The notes below the pieces were generated by a model. That model was given only the letters and a program-made list of their open reading frames with translations. It searched no databases and was not told where the DNA came from. 64,000 nt of DNA from Armatimonadota bacterium (GTDB lineage Bacteria > Armatimonadota > Fimbriimonadia > Fimbriimonadales > Fimbriimonadaceae): positions 786,784 through 850,783 of the forward strand of contig JAFLBD010000002.1 of assembly GCA_017303935.1 (NCBI GenBank), read 5' to 3'. Shown piece after piece: positions 1 to 9,529 of the stretch. The translations under genes were made by a program, and so were the position numbers. Numbering within the stretch: position 1 is the stretch's first letter; the number at the start of each line of letters is the position of its first letter.

Positions 1-1128
1 CTTCAGCGTGAGCAGACCAATCATCAAAATGATCCCGATGCCGGTGACAATGACCCACTGACGCCGAGCTGGGTGCCTTGATTCCGACCGGTCGAGCCAT
101 GGGAGGAAAATCATTCCCAGGGTGACCCCAGTGGGAACGACGAATGTGGCGACCAATTCCCACCCGGACGGCATGATCTTCAAGAGTTCATAAAGTCCCA
201 AGAAGTACCATTCCGGGCGGGGGGCGAACTCGACTTGGGTTGGGTTGGCGACGGCTTCCAAGGCTGGTTTGAACGCCAACGCCAGATAGACCAGAAACCC
301 GACGCCCACGAGCTGCACGACTGCATCTTTGAACAACTGATCCGGATAAAACGGAACCGGTTTTCCGCGACGTGGCAAAACTGGGCCCGCAATGTGGTGC
401 CGGCGGACCAAGTAAAGGTGGATCCCCATGAGGCCGATAAGAGCGGCCGGGAGCGCCATGACGTGAAGCGCATAAAACCGGGTAAGCGTTAGTGAGCCAA
501 CTTCCGCGCCACCACGAACCAAGTAGAGCAAAGCATCTCCGACAAACGGAATCGTGGCTGCAATTCGCGTTCCGACCACGGTCGCCCAATATGCCTTTTG
601 GTCCCAAGGCAACAGGTAGCCGGTAAAGGAAAAGGCGAGGATGACTTGAAAAATGAAGACGCCTACAAGCCACGTCAGTTCTCGAGGTTTCTTATAGCTT
701 CCCCAGAAGAACACCCGCAACGTGTGAGCCACAACCGCCATCACGATCAATGTCGATCCCCAGACGTGAAGTCCACGCACAAAGTTGCCGAGCGGAACTT
801 CGGTGTTGATGTGCTTTACGCTGTCGTACGCGGTTTCAGGGCTTGCAGAGTAGTACATCGCCAAGGCAAACCCGGTGATGAATTGGAACGCCAGAAGCGT
901 CATGAGCAAGTTTCCGAGCGTTTGCCACCATCCGACGCCAGGGGGCATGGGTTCGTCAAGATTCTTTCGAACGAACCCATACCATCCCAACCGCAGGTCT
1001 AACCAGTCTCGCAAACTGGGTCGCGCGAGTCTAAGTTCTTCTTCTGGATGAGTCGTCACCCGGGTTTCATCGGCGCGCTCTTCAGGGGAGATCGTATGTT
1101 CTTTTATGGGTAAAGGTGTTCTTGCCAT
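1..1128 (-). CDS. cytochrome b (b6 plus subunit IV fused type), 3' end runs off the left edge
   Basis: Absent from the ORF track because no stop lies in the window. My translation of the minus strand from ATG 1128 reads MARTPLPIKEHT...WWQTLGNLLMTLLAFQFITGFALAMYYS...FVRGLHVWGSTLIVMAVVAHTLRVFFWGSYKKPRELTW...TGYLLPWDQKAYWAT...PEWYFLGLYELLK. These are heme-ligand His pairs and the PEWYFL motif. The start lies 4 nt after the Rieske stop. Confidence 0.85.
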   Translation of the reverse strand, partial: MARTPLPIKEHTISPEERADETRVTTHPEEELRLARPSLRDWLDLRLGWYGFVRKNLDEPMPPGVGWWQTLGNLLMTLLAFQFITGFALAMYYSASPETAYDSVKHINTEVPLGNFVRGLHVWGSTLIVMAVVAHTLRVFFWGSYKKPRELTWLVGVFIFQVILAFSFTGYLLPWDQKAYWATVVGTRIAATIPFVGDALLYLVRGGAEVGSLTLTRFYALHVMALPAALIGLMGIHLYLVRRHHIAGPVLPRRGKPVPFYPDQLFKDAVVQLVGVGFLVYLALAFKPALEAVANPTQVEFAPRPEWYFLGLYELLKIMPSGWELVATFVVPTGVTLGMIFLPWLDRSESRHPARRQWVIVTGIGIILMIGLLTLK

Positions 1129-1132
1129 GGAA

Positions 1133-1672
1133 TTAAACCTCTCGATGGAGCAAGATGTTGCCGCCCTCCACTTTTACGAGGTGACGAATGAGACCCTTGG
1201 GCGGAGGACCGGAGACGACGCCTCCATGCTTATCAAAAACCCCTCCGTGGCAAGGGCACAAGAAGCGATCCCGATCTACTTGATATTCCACGCGACAACC
1301 AAGGTGGGTGCAAGCAGGATCAATGCACATCACTTGTTCCCCATCACGGCGGACATAGATCGAGTACTCCCGATCCACCACGTGGTAGCCATCCTTAGTC
1401 CGCATTGAGTATCGGATTTCCGTGGCGCGACCGTCCGGGATTTCTTCGATCCTGGCGATCTTCACCCATCCTTTTTTTCCTCTCTGGTTCATTGGGGAGG
1501 TGACGAAGCCCATCACCGGGCCGACGATGGCACCCACAATCCCGACATTGATCACCGCGACAATCGCCCCGAGCATCTTCCGACGTCCGGGCGACATTTC
1601 TTCTTGTTCGAGGGGTGATTTGCCTAGGTCTTTGCAGCATTCACATTCTTTTTTATTGGGTTGATGGCTCAT
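1133..1672 (-). CDS. Rieske 2Fe-2S protein of a bc-type complex
   Basis: 179-aa ORF with an N-terminal TM helix and the Rieske boxes CTHLGC and CPCHGG. Confidence 0.9.
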   Translation of the reverse strand: MSHQPNKKECECCKDLGKSPLEQEEMSPGRRKMLGAIVAVINVGIVGAIVGPVMGFVTSPMNQRGKKGWVKIARIEEIPDGRATEIRYSMRTKDGYHVVDREYSIYVRRDGEQVMCIDPACTHLGCRVEYQVDRDRFLCPCHGGVFDKHGGVVSGPPPKGLIRHLVKVEGGNILLHREV

Positions 1673-1681
1673 GAGAACTCC

Positions 1682-2830
1682 TTAAGGGAAATAGCGGAGG
1701 ACCGTCTTCTGATCCGTGTAGTCTGGGCCCAGCGACTCCATTACGCTGTCCACGATGGCCTGCGACTTGTGGTGGCGACCGGGTGAAGGCTCTCGGTCAA
1801 AGCCAATCTCGACCCCACTGGCCGACACCGCCTCGGTGAGCCGGGTTATGGAAGCGAGGATAGGCACGACCCACGCATGTTGGAATCGGGAGAACGGCGC
1901 GGTGAGGATGAGGAGGGCCACCACAATCAGGTGATAGATGTAAATGGTCAGCACCCACTCGCTCAGATTCATCCGTGCCACGCCCAGCGTGAGGAAGCCC
2001 GCCAGCGCGGAATGGAACATTAGATTGACGAATAAGAAATCGCCACTCAAGGTAAGGCCATTATCGATGTACTGATCTGAGCGATAACGGTACATGACGT
2101 ACATGATGCCAATGAGTAGCATCAGGCCCGAGATGATCGGCAAGGCTTTCAGCGGGTGTTCGAACGGTAAGTCTCCGCGCGCGGGGTTGTAGATGGCCAT
2201 CAAGATATCGGCCAGCAATAAGCCGCAGAACCCATAGAGCATCAGCCCATGCATGAACCAGCGATGCTTGTTGTCTTTCCAGAGCGAGGCCACCAAGAAC
2301 CCGTCGACAATCAAAGACACTAGGACCACGGTCGCACTCTTGAACACGCCAAATTTCTTGATTTGAGGCCAGAGACGACCGATGCCAGTTGGTCGGACCC
2401 ATTTTTCGAGCCTCCAAAGTCCCAGCATGAAGGCGATCACGGAAACGCCCAGGAAGATTCGCCCGACATTCCTCGTCGTCAACACCTGGGAGACCTTGAA
2501 AGCGAGCGGGACCTGATCCTCCTGATAGGGCTTTTCCAAAATTTCTTGAAATATCTTTTGGGCGTCTGCGTCGGAGAGGTCGGCCGTTGTGGTCGCTGGC
2601 ATCATGCCTCTGCCCTTGCGAATGATCTGCATGAACGTGGCAATGTCCAACTTCGTTTTGGCAATGGGTGGACCAAGGCCGCCCATCGCCGATTGCCCGT
2701 GACAACCCATGCAATTTGAAGTCGAATAGAGTTCGTTTGGAACTGCTATGGGTGGCTTAGTTGGACTACTTTGGGCGAAAGAAAGCACGCTCGCCACGCC
2801 CAGTATCAATGCGATGAAGAGTCGGTTCAT
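1682..2830 (-). CDS. membrane subunit: periplasmic monoheme cytochrome c fused to a NarI-like multi-TM domain
   Basis: 382 aa with a signal peptide and the CMGCH heme c motif, followed by about 6 hydrophobic helices containing conserved His. The start overlaps the beta gene stop by 4 nt. Confidence 0.7.
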   Translation of the reverse strand: MNRLFIALILGVASVLSFAQSSPTKPPIAVPNELYSTSNCMGCHGQSAMGGLGPPIAKTKLDIATFMQIIRKGRGMMPATTTADLSDADAQKIFQEILEKPYQEDQVPLAFKVSQVLTTRNVGRIFLGVSVIAFMLGLWRLEKWVRPTGIGRLWPQIKKFGVFKSATVVLVSLIVDGFLVASLWKDNKHRWFMHGLMLYGFCGLLLADILMAIYNPARGDLPFEHPLKALPIISGLMLLIGIMYVMYRYRSDQYIDNGLTLSGDFLFVNLMFHSALAGFLTLGVARMNLSEWVLTIYIYHLIVVALLILTAPFSRFQHAWVVPILASITRLTEAVSASGVEIGFDREPSPGRHHKSQAIVDSVMESLGPDYTDQKTVLRYFP

Positions 2831-3528
2831 GCCTTTCCTCCTTCAGACTCCATGGGGATTGGGGCGTCTTGGCCCAAGGTAGAAGACTTTTGCTCGGCCA
2901 TGACCCCGAGATACATTCCTGCTGGCTTGGTGCCCGCTTCGGGCAAGAGTTTGAACGGAATTCGTCCCGTCCTTTCTTGTTGTTCGGCGATGAAGTGGTT
3001 GATGACACTATCGGGTTCATCGAGGTCGCCAAAGATGCGCGCCGTGGTGGGGCAAGCCACCACGCAAGCGGGGTCAAGCCCCTCGTCTACTCGGTGCGCA
3101 CAATAGGTGCATTTGCGCGCTTTCGCCTCCGCGATTCGCGGTTTGACGTAGTCCCTTTCATAAGGCTCGTCTTGATTGAGATACCACTTGTCTCCATCGC
3201 GGGATAGGTAGATGTTGCCGTAGGGACAAGCAGAGACACAAGCTCCTGTTCCCCGGCAACGATTTTGATCCAGCACGACAATGCCGTCGGGTCGGCGAAC
3301 AATGGCTTTGTTCGGACAAGACTTGAGACAAGGCGCGTCTTCGCAATGATTGCAAAGCACCGGGATGTAAACGCGCTTCACATTCGGGTAGGTGCCGACT
3401 TCCACGTTCAGCACACGCGCAAAGAAAACATCCATGGGGGTTCCGTTTTCTTGTTTGCAGGCCAGCGTACAAGCGTCACAACCGATACACCGTGTTAAAT
3501 CAATGAGCATCGAATAGCGGGCCATCAC
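2827..3528 (-). CDS. 4Fe-4S ferredoxin-type beta subunit (DmsB/PsrB/NrfC class)
   Basis: 233 aa with four Cys clusters: CIGCDACTLAC, CNHCEDAPCLKSC, CRGTGACVSACP and CTYCAHR...CVVACP. It overlaps the alpha gene stop by 4 nt. Confidence 0.9.
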   Translation of the reverse strand: MMARYSMLIDLTRCIGCDACTLACKQENGTPMDVFFARVLNVEVGTYPNVKRVYIPVLCNHCEDAPCLKSCPNKAIVRRPDGIVVLDQNRCRGTGACVSACPYGNIYLSRDGDKWYLNQDEPYERDYVKPRIAEAKARKCTYCAHRVDEGLDPACVVACPTTARIFGDLDEPDSVINHFIAEQQERTGRIPFKLLPEAGTKPAGMYLGVMAEQKSSTLGQDAPIPMESEGGKA

Positions 3529-5963
3529 TTCACCTTCCTAATGTCAACTCTGGTGTCCTTCCAGTGCTGACCCGGTGCATAGACCGCGGGCAGGAAATAC
3601 GTTTCGTGGGTTTCTTTGATTTTTTGGTGAGAGTGAACGGCATGGTACTTCCCGCTCGCGAGATACCGATCCCACCAGGCGTGGTCCACGCAAAGCACCC
3701 CTGGTTTGATCGCTTCGGTCACGAGCGCCCATAGTTGATAACTTCCATTTTCGTTGAAAATCTCGACCTGATCACCATCGCGAATCCCCTTCTTCGCCGC
3801 ATCTTTCGGGTTGATTTCGACGACAGGCTTCCGGTTCACGTTCAAAAGCAGCGGGTTATTGCTGTGGGTCGAGTGAACGCGCCACTTCGAGTGAGGGGTG
3901 ACAATGCTGAAAGGCTGCCGCTGATCTTGATCCGAGAGGTGGTCAAATGCGGGGCGATAGAGCGGAATCGTTTCCCCAAGTTTTTGATAGGAGCTTTCCT
4001 CCTTGTAAAACTCCATCCTGCCCGTCTTGAGGAACTCGCGTTGGGCTCCCTCTGGGAAAGGATAGGCGCGTGGTGGAAACAGCTTATCGTCGTGAAATTG
4101 TTCATCGAGACCGCATTCAGGATCGTGCACCTTGAGGCGGACGGGCCCGGCCTCGAGTTGATCAACGGTGATCCCTTCGACTTCCGGCCCACCCGTCTGC
4201 AGCATGAGGTCAATCACTTCCTTCTCGTCAAAGTCGATTTCTTTGAGTTTGGTCGGATCAATGCGCTTCACCAGTTCTTTCGCCATCCAAAACTCGGTAC
4301 GGCTGCCATATTGCGGCTTCACCACTTCTTGTTGGACTTGCAAATACGGGTGACAACTCGTCCCGACCAGATCCACTTTCTCCCAAAACGTCGGGGCGGG
4401 AAGCACGACGTCGGCGTACTCGCAGGTCGGGGACATGGAGAAGTCGATCGCCACGAAAAGCTCGGTGTTATCAATCGCTTGACGCAGGGGACCTGAAAAC
4501 TCAGTGACCAGCGGGTTAGCGTGAGAGACGATCAGTCCCTTGATTCCGCCCGTAGGAAACTTGATCTTGGAATTGATCGTGGAAGTCGGTCCGCCCAGTA
4601 CGAAGTAATGCATAGGGACGGAGTTTGGTCGCTTGCCATTCGGGAACCACCAGCTAGAGACATCCAAACGGAAGTGGTGCTGACCCGAGTAGATCGAAAC
4701 AGATTCGCCGGGTTTGCCGTGGGCTCCGACGAGGGTGGCAAAAAGGAGGATGGAGCGGATGGTGAGGTCACCGTGAAGACGGTGATTGACCCCCATCCCG
4801 ATCACGATGGAGCTTGGCCGTTGGGTGGCAAAATCGCGAGCGAGCTTGCGAATCGTCTCCGCGGGAATATCCGTGTCTTTGGCGACATTTTCTGGGGAGT
4901 ACATCGGCTTGCAGACTTCGTCCTCCACGAGTTCAAACGCAGGCCGAACGCGCACTTTCTGGCCCTGAATATCAACCTCACGAGTGCCATGGAAAGCAAA
5001 TCGAACTCCCTCGGGAAGTTTCAAGGAGTCCATGGGGAGGACAAAGAGAGCATCCTGCGCTTCGTCCCACACAACAAACTCGGACTCGGTCCCCAAGCCC
5101 ACGTCGCTGGCGCGGAGTCGCATCCCGTCGTCCTCTCGAACGAGCGTCGCCATGTCTGTGTACTTTTCCAAGAACTTCCAGTTCACAAACTGCTCTTGGA
5201 TGAGAACTTGGCAGAGCGACAGTGCCAACAGCCCATCCGTACCAGGGTGAATCGGCAGCCAAAGGTCAGCACCTTTCGCGGTTTGGCTGCAGCGCGGGTC
5301 AATGCAGACGATTTGGCAGTTGTTACGTTCTTTGGCGTGCTTGGTGAGGAATTTCGCATCAGGAATGCGGGTCTGGAAGACGTTGCTCGACCAAAGTATC
5401 ACCGTTTTGCAGTGAGCCCAGCTCTTCGTTTCGCACTCCACGCAGTCAATTCCGACTGTCTGCGTGAACCCCATGGAGATGTCGCCGTTGAAGTCATAGG
5501 CAGTGGCGAATGACATTCCGAGAAGCGATGCCATCCGTACTTGAGCACCCTTTTGGACATATCCCGTCCCAACAACTTGGTTGAAAAGGAGCACACTTTC
5601 CATCCCAAAACGATCTCGAATCGAAATCATCTTGGAGGCGATGTAGTCCAGTGCCTCATCCCATGACGCATCTCGCCACTTGCCTTCGCCACGCTCTCCG
5701 ACACGGATCTTGGGTTGCTTGATTCGGTCAGGTCCGTAAATCAAGTGCGTCATGGACATCCCGCGCAGACATCCGCGTGGGTTATATTCCTCACACGGAT
5801 AGTCGGCTGCCGGCTTGAGATCGACAATAACGTCGTTGACGACGGTGGCTAGCCACCCACAGGCGCCCGTGCAATTGGGGCTGTCGGTTGTTCGCACGAC
5901 GCGAACACTTTCATCGCGCTTGGGCTGTTTAAACCGGCCGGGGACTGCGTGTCGAGTTGCCAT
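3525..5963 (-). CDS. molybdopterin (Mo/W-bisPGD) oxidoreductase catalytic subunit, NarG-like FS0 motif, substrate unknown
   Basis: The ORF track gives 823 aa from TTG 5996; I use the first ATG at 5963. The N-terminus reads DSPNCTGACGW...NPRGCLRG (C-x3-C spacing plus a distal Cys). No RRxFLK Tat motif is visible. Confidence 0.8.
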   Translation of the reverse strand: MATRHAVPGRFKQPKRDESVRVVRTTDSPNCTGACGWLATVVNDVIVDLKPAADYPCEEYNPRGCLRGMSMTHLIYGPDRIKQPKIRVGERGEGKWRDASWDEALDYIASKMISIRDRFGMESVLLFNQVVGTGYVQKGAQVRMASLLGMSFATAYDFNGDISMGFTQTVGIDCVECETKSWAHCKTVILWSSNVFQTRIPDAKFLTKHAKERNNCQIVCIDPRCSQTAKGADLWLPIHPGTDGLLALSLCQVLIQEQFVNWKFLEKYTDMATLVREDDGMRLRASDVGLGTESEFVVWDEAQDALFVLPMDSLKLPEGVRFAFHGTREVDIQGQKVRVRPAFELVEDEVCKPMYSPENVAKDTDIPAETIRKLARDFATQRPSSIVIGMGVNHRLHGDLTIRSILLFATLVGAHGKPGESVSIYSGQHHFRLDVSSWWFPNGKRPNSVPMHYFVLGGPTSTINSKIKFPTGGIKGLIVSHANPLVTEFSGPLRQAIDNTELFVAIDFSMSPTCEYADVVLPAPTFWEKVDLVGTSCHPYLQVQQEVVKPQYGSRTEFWMAKELVKRIDPTKLKEIDFDEKEVIDLMLQTGGPEVEGITVDQLEAGPVRLKVHDPECGLDEQFHDDKLFPPRAYPFPEGAQREFLKTGRMEFYKEESSYQKLGETIPLYRPAFDHLSDQDQRQPFSIVTPHSKWRVHSTHSNNPLLLNVNRKPVVEINPKDAAKKGIRDGDQVEIFNENGSYQLWALVTEAIKPGVLCVDHAWWDRYLASGKYHAVHSHQKIKETHETYFLPAVYAPGQHWKDTRVDIRKVK

Positions 5964-6027
5964 ATGTAGTCGCTCCGTGGCTATTGCCACTAGCAACTAG
6001 TGTGAGGCGCATAGTACAAGCTTTCTA

Positions 6028-6041
6028 TGATCTAAATCATG
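6028..6041. promoter_or_regulatory. putative Crp/Fnr-family box ATGATCTAAATCAT upstream of the Mo-oxidoreductase operon
   Basis: A palindromic TGAT-N4-ATCA core in an AT-rich intergenic region. Two sibling boxes lie at 14244 and 17256, and a crp/fnr gene lies at 18663. Confidence 0.45.
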
Positions 6042-6113
6042 AAAACTGTGTTGTTTCAAGAATTTCTGAGGCAGACTAAAATGGGTGGTAAAGACGCAGT
6101 TATTTATTGTTTG

Positions 6114-6563
6114 TTATTGGGATTGATAGCGAGCAAATCTGCGTTGCACGATTTCGGCCCGGCTAGGGCAGGTTTCCCACCGGCGATGCTCCATTTTGAG
6201 AGCTTCTTGAGCCAAGGTGGCCTCCTCATCGGGGGTCATGCGGGATTCAATCGCGGGAAATAGCAGTCGTTCTTCCCAGCGAATGTGATCTTCAAGAGCT
6301 TGCCCAAGCGGTACGCACGAAGTCGGCAATTCGCTGATGAGCTGTTCGATCTGCCGGTGGTCTTCATATAGTCGGGCAGAATCTGCACCGGCGAGCGGGC
6401 CGAGGAGCCGCTCCTCCTCGGCAAAGTGGTCGGCAAGCTCCCGCTCCCAAGCCGCACGAGCCAGTGCGGGAGCGTCCGGACGCTCCTCTCTTAGCGCACG
6501 AGCGAGGTGCAGGCCGTCATTATGATCCCGAGAGAATGGCTCCAGCGCAAAGGCCCGTTTCAT
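6114..6563 (-). CDS. hemerythrin-like (HHE cation-binding) domain protein
   Basis: 149 aa with repeated D/E-H...E pairs (RDHNDGL, ADHFAEEERLL, EDHRQIEQL, EDHIRWEERLLFP). The start overlaps the nasA-like stop by 4 nt. Confidence 0.65.
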   Translation of the reverse strand: MKRAFALEPFSRDHNDGLHLARALREERPDAPALARAAWERELADHFAEEERLLGPLAGADSARLYEDHRQIEQLISELPTSCVPLGQALEDHIRWEERLLFPAIESRMTPDEEATLAQEALKMEHRRWETCPSRAEIVQRRFARYQSQ

Positions 6564-8743
6564 TGCGGTGTCTCAGACTTCTCGATCTTCACGCAGGCTC
6601 GTTTGTATTCAGGGATGCCACTGACGGGATCGTAGGAACGGATGGTGAGATTATTTGCCGCCTTACGCCCGGGCCAGTGGTACGGGATGAAAACGGTGTC
6701 GGGGCGAATCGTGGTGACCACTTTCGCCTGAAGGACGACTTCGCCGCGCCGACTCGTGACGCGCATCCAATCCTTATCGGCAATACCATATTGTTCGGCC
6801 AACGTCGGGTGGATCTCCACGTAGGGATCGGAACAGAGATCAACCAACCCTCCGATCCGGCGAGTTTGTGTTCCACTCAAATAGTGCGACACAACGCGCC
6901 CGGTTGTCAGAACCACCGGGTACTCGTCATCCGGTTCTTCCAGCGGCGGACGGTACTTCACAGCATTGAAGTGGGCTTTGCCGTCTGGGGTCTCAAATTT
7001 CAGGTCCTCCCACAGGCGGGGGGTGCCTGGGTGGCCAATTTCGGGGCAGGGCCAAAAGACGCCGAGCTCATTCTCGATTCGCTCGTAGGTGATTCCGTAA
7101 TAATCAGCGGTTCCGCCCTTGCTCGCCACTCGCAATTCGTTGAAAATGTCCTCCGAAGTCTTGAAGTGGTCAAAAAACTTGCCTCGTCCAAGCCGCCGAG
7201 CGAGTTCCAAGATGATGTCGGTGTCGGCCTTGGCGTTTCCAGGAGGATTGACCGCCTTTTTGATTCGGATCACCCGCCCTTCGGCGCTGGTGCTGGTTCC
7301 ATCCTCTTCTTCGTGAAGCGATCCCGCCATCACGATGTCGGCATGGTGGGCTGTTTCATTCAAGAAGAAGTCGATGGCCGTGTAGTGCTCCAGTTTGTTG
7401 AGAGCCTCGCGGGTGAAGTTGGAGTCCGGAAGCGACACGAGCGGGTTGAAGCAAATAGAGATGAGGGCTTTGATCTCACCGGCGTGGATCATTTCCATGA
7501 TCTCGGGTGCGGTGTGGCCCTTGCCCGGGAGTTCTTCGTCGGTGCAGCCCCATACCGAGCAGATGTACTCGCGGTGAGCCGGGTTTGAGATATCCCGGTT
7601 CCCAGGGAGCTGGTCGCATTTGTGGCCGTGTTCGCGCCCTCCTTGACCGTTGCCTTGGCCCGTAATGGTTCCGTATCCGCAGCCTTTGCGTCCAATCCGT
7701 CCGGTGGCGAGAACGAGGTTGATGCAGCTCACCACGTTGTCCACGCCTTTGGAACTGTGCTCGATCCCGCGTGCGTGCATCAAGAAGCTGGTCTTGGCTT
7801 CACCCCACATCTTTCCGGCTCGAACGATGTCTTCGACCTTGATTCCGCTGATGCGGCTCGCCTCTTCCAGCGGAAGCGCAAGAGCCGCTGCTTTCGTTTC
7901 TTCCCAGCCCGAAGTGAATTCCGCGATAAACGCTTCGTTGGTCAGTCCCTCTTCGATTAAGACCCGGAGGATGCCAAGGAGGAGGGCTGAATCCGTCCCC
8001 GGCAGGACGGGAAGGTGAAGATCGCAGGTGCGGGCGATGGGCGTGACGCGGGGATCGATCACGATGAGTTTCGCGCCACGATCTCGGGCCCGCCAGATGT
8101 AATCGGTCGTGACGGGGGAACACTCGGCCACGTTCGTTCCCGCAAGGAGAATCACTTCGGCGTGAACGATGTCCTCCCAGTAGTTTGAAGCTCGGTCAAG
8201 CCCGAACGCCTTTTTGTTACCCGCCCCAGCGCTCACCATACACAGGCGACCGTTGTAGTCAAGGTTAGCAGTCTGCAAGCCAAGCCGAGCGAATTTCCCG
8301 ATCAGGTAGCTTTTTTCATTAGTGAGAGACACACCCGATAGAAACGCCACGGAGTCCTTGCCGTATTTGGCTTGAACTTCCTGGATGGCCTTGATGGTAG
8401 TGCTGAAGGCTTCTTCCCAAGAGATGGAGATGAAACCTTGTCCTGGCACGTTTTTCATCGGGTTGAGAAGTCGATCAGGGTGGCCGCCTTGCAGGTATCG
8501 CTTCACCCCTTTAGGGCACAACTTACCTCGATTAAAAGGGAACTCCTCCCAAGGCTCGAACCCGATCACTTGGTCTTTCTTGACCTTTAACTGGATCCCG
8601 CATTGCATGCCGCAGAAGCAACAGTGCGTCTTCACCAGCTTGTCGGGATCATCCCTGCCCACCCAACCGCCTGGAGGTGTGTAGGCGGGGTGCGGACCGA
8701 AATCTTCGATCAGCTTCTCGATTGAGACAGGGGGCTTAGCCAT
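6560..8743 (-). CDS. nasA: cytoplasmic assimilatory-type nitrate reductase (NasA/NarB-like Mo-bisPGD enzyme)
   Basis: 727 aa with the N-terminal cluster motif CCFCGMQCGIQ...CPKG and no signal peptide. The context is narK genes and Moco biosynthesis genes. Confidence 0.8.
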   Translation of the reverse strand: MAKPPVSIEKLIEDFGPHPAYTPPGGWVGRDDPDKLVKTHCCFCGMQCGIQLKVKKDQVIGFEPWEEFPFNRGKLCPKGVKRYLQGGHPDRLLNPMKNVPGQGFISISWEEAFSTTIKAIQEVQAKYGKDSVAFLSGVSLTNEKSYLIGKFARLGLQTANLDYNGRLCMVSAGAGNKKAFGLDRASNYWEDIVHAEVILLAGTNVAECSPVTTDYIWRARDRGAKLIVIDPRVTPIARTCDLHLPVLPGTDSALLLGILRVLIEEGLTNEAFIAEFTSGWEETKAAALALPLEEASRISGIKVEDIVRAGKMWGEAKTSFLMHARGIEHSSKGVDNVVSCINLVLATGRIGRKGCGYGTITGQGNGQGGREHGHKCDQLPGNRDISNPAHREYICSVWGCTDEELPGKGHTAPEIMEMIHAGEIKALISICFNPLVSLPDSNFTREALNKLEHYTAIDFFLNETAHHADIVMAGSLHEEEDGTSTSAEGRVIRIKKAVNPPGNAKADTDIILELARRLGRGKFFDHFKTSEDIFNELRVASKGGTADYYGITYERIENELGVFWPCPEIGHPGTPRLWEDLKFETPDGKAHFNAVKYRPPLEEPDDEYPVVLTTGRVVSHYLSGTQTRRIGGLVDLCSDPYVEIHPTLAEQYGIADKDWMRVTSRRGEVVLQAKVVTTIRPDTVFIPYHWPGRKAANNLTIRSYDPVSGIPEYKRACVKIEKSETPQ

Positions 8744-8788
8744 ATCTGAAGTTTAGTATCGTTAGGGAGGATGCCGCTATGACAGGCG

Positions 8789-9529
8789 TCATAGCCCCAA
8801 TCCCTTCTGGAGCAGCTTAGCCACAGCAAGTAGCAAAACCAATCCCAACGCTCGCCGAAGGGCAAGACTTGATACTCGATTGGCTCCGAGGAAGCTTCCA
8901 CCGACTGCGCCAAGAATGCCAACTGTGATCAGCGGCCAGAGGCTCAGGCTTTCTCGCAGGAAATCAAAAGGTCGAGCCGAGAGACCGGCCAACGAGTTCG
9001 CAAAAATGAAACCCGCCGAAAGGGCTGCCACTTTGTGCGGCTGCGCCCACCGATTCAGAATCATCAATGGAGACAAAAAAATCCCTCCGCCGACCCCGAC
9101 AAGCCCGCTCAAGAAACCAATGCCAGCCCCCGACCCCACAAGGATAGGACGAACCGGTGGTTGGCTCTCGCCGTCTTTCGCGGGAACGCTTAAAATCAGC
9201 ACTCCAGCGGCATAAAGAAGCACCACCGCAAGAACGAGGTCTTGGGTTCGGTTCTCAAACTTGAGGCGACCCCCCAAGAAGGCAAAGGGAACCGAACCCA
9301 GCAAGAGCGGCCACGCGAGATTCCAATCAAAATGCTTCGCTCGCCCAAATACCACCAAGGTGATGCCTGCGACAAAGACGTTGAGAACGAGCGCTGTTGT
9401 GGCCCCGACCGCGCTCGGAATCGCGGTGAATGCAAGCAGCGCGAGGTATCCCGAGGCTCCGCCATGGCCGACCATACTGTAGCCAAGGGCCACAGCGAAG
9501 ACTCCAAAAAAAAGCCACGGCTCAATCAC
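8789..9529 (-). CDS. TauE/SafE-family anion exporter-like membrane protein
   Basis: Multi-TM and Gly-rich (GHGGASGY, GVGGGIF). The ORF-track N-terminus (to 9772) overlaps the upstream gene. I chose GTG 9529, which sits just before the first TM helix. Confidence 0.65.
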   Translation of the reverse strand: MIEPWLFFGVFAVALGYSMVGHGGASGYLALLAFTAIPSAVGATTALVLNVFVAGITLVVFGRAKHFDWNLAWPLLLGSVPFAFLGGRLKFENRTQDLVLAVVLLYAAGVLILSVPAKDGESQPPVRPILVGSGAGIGFLSGLVGVGGGIFLSPLMILNRWAQPHKVAALSAGFIFANSLAGLSARPFDFLRESLSLWPLITVGILGAVGGSFLGANRVSSLALRRALGLVLLLAVAKLLQKGLGL

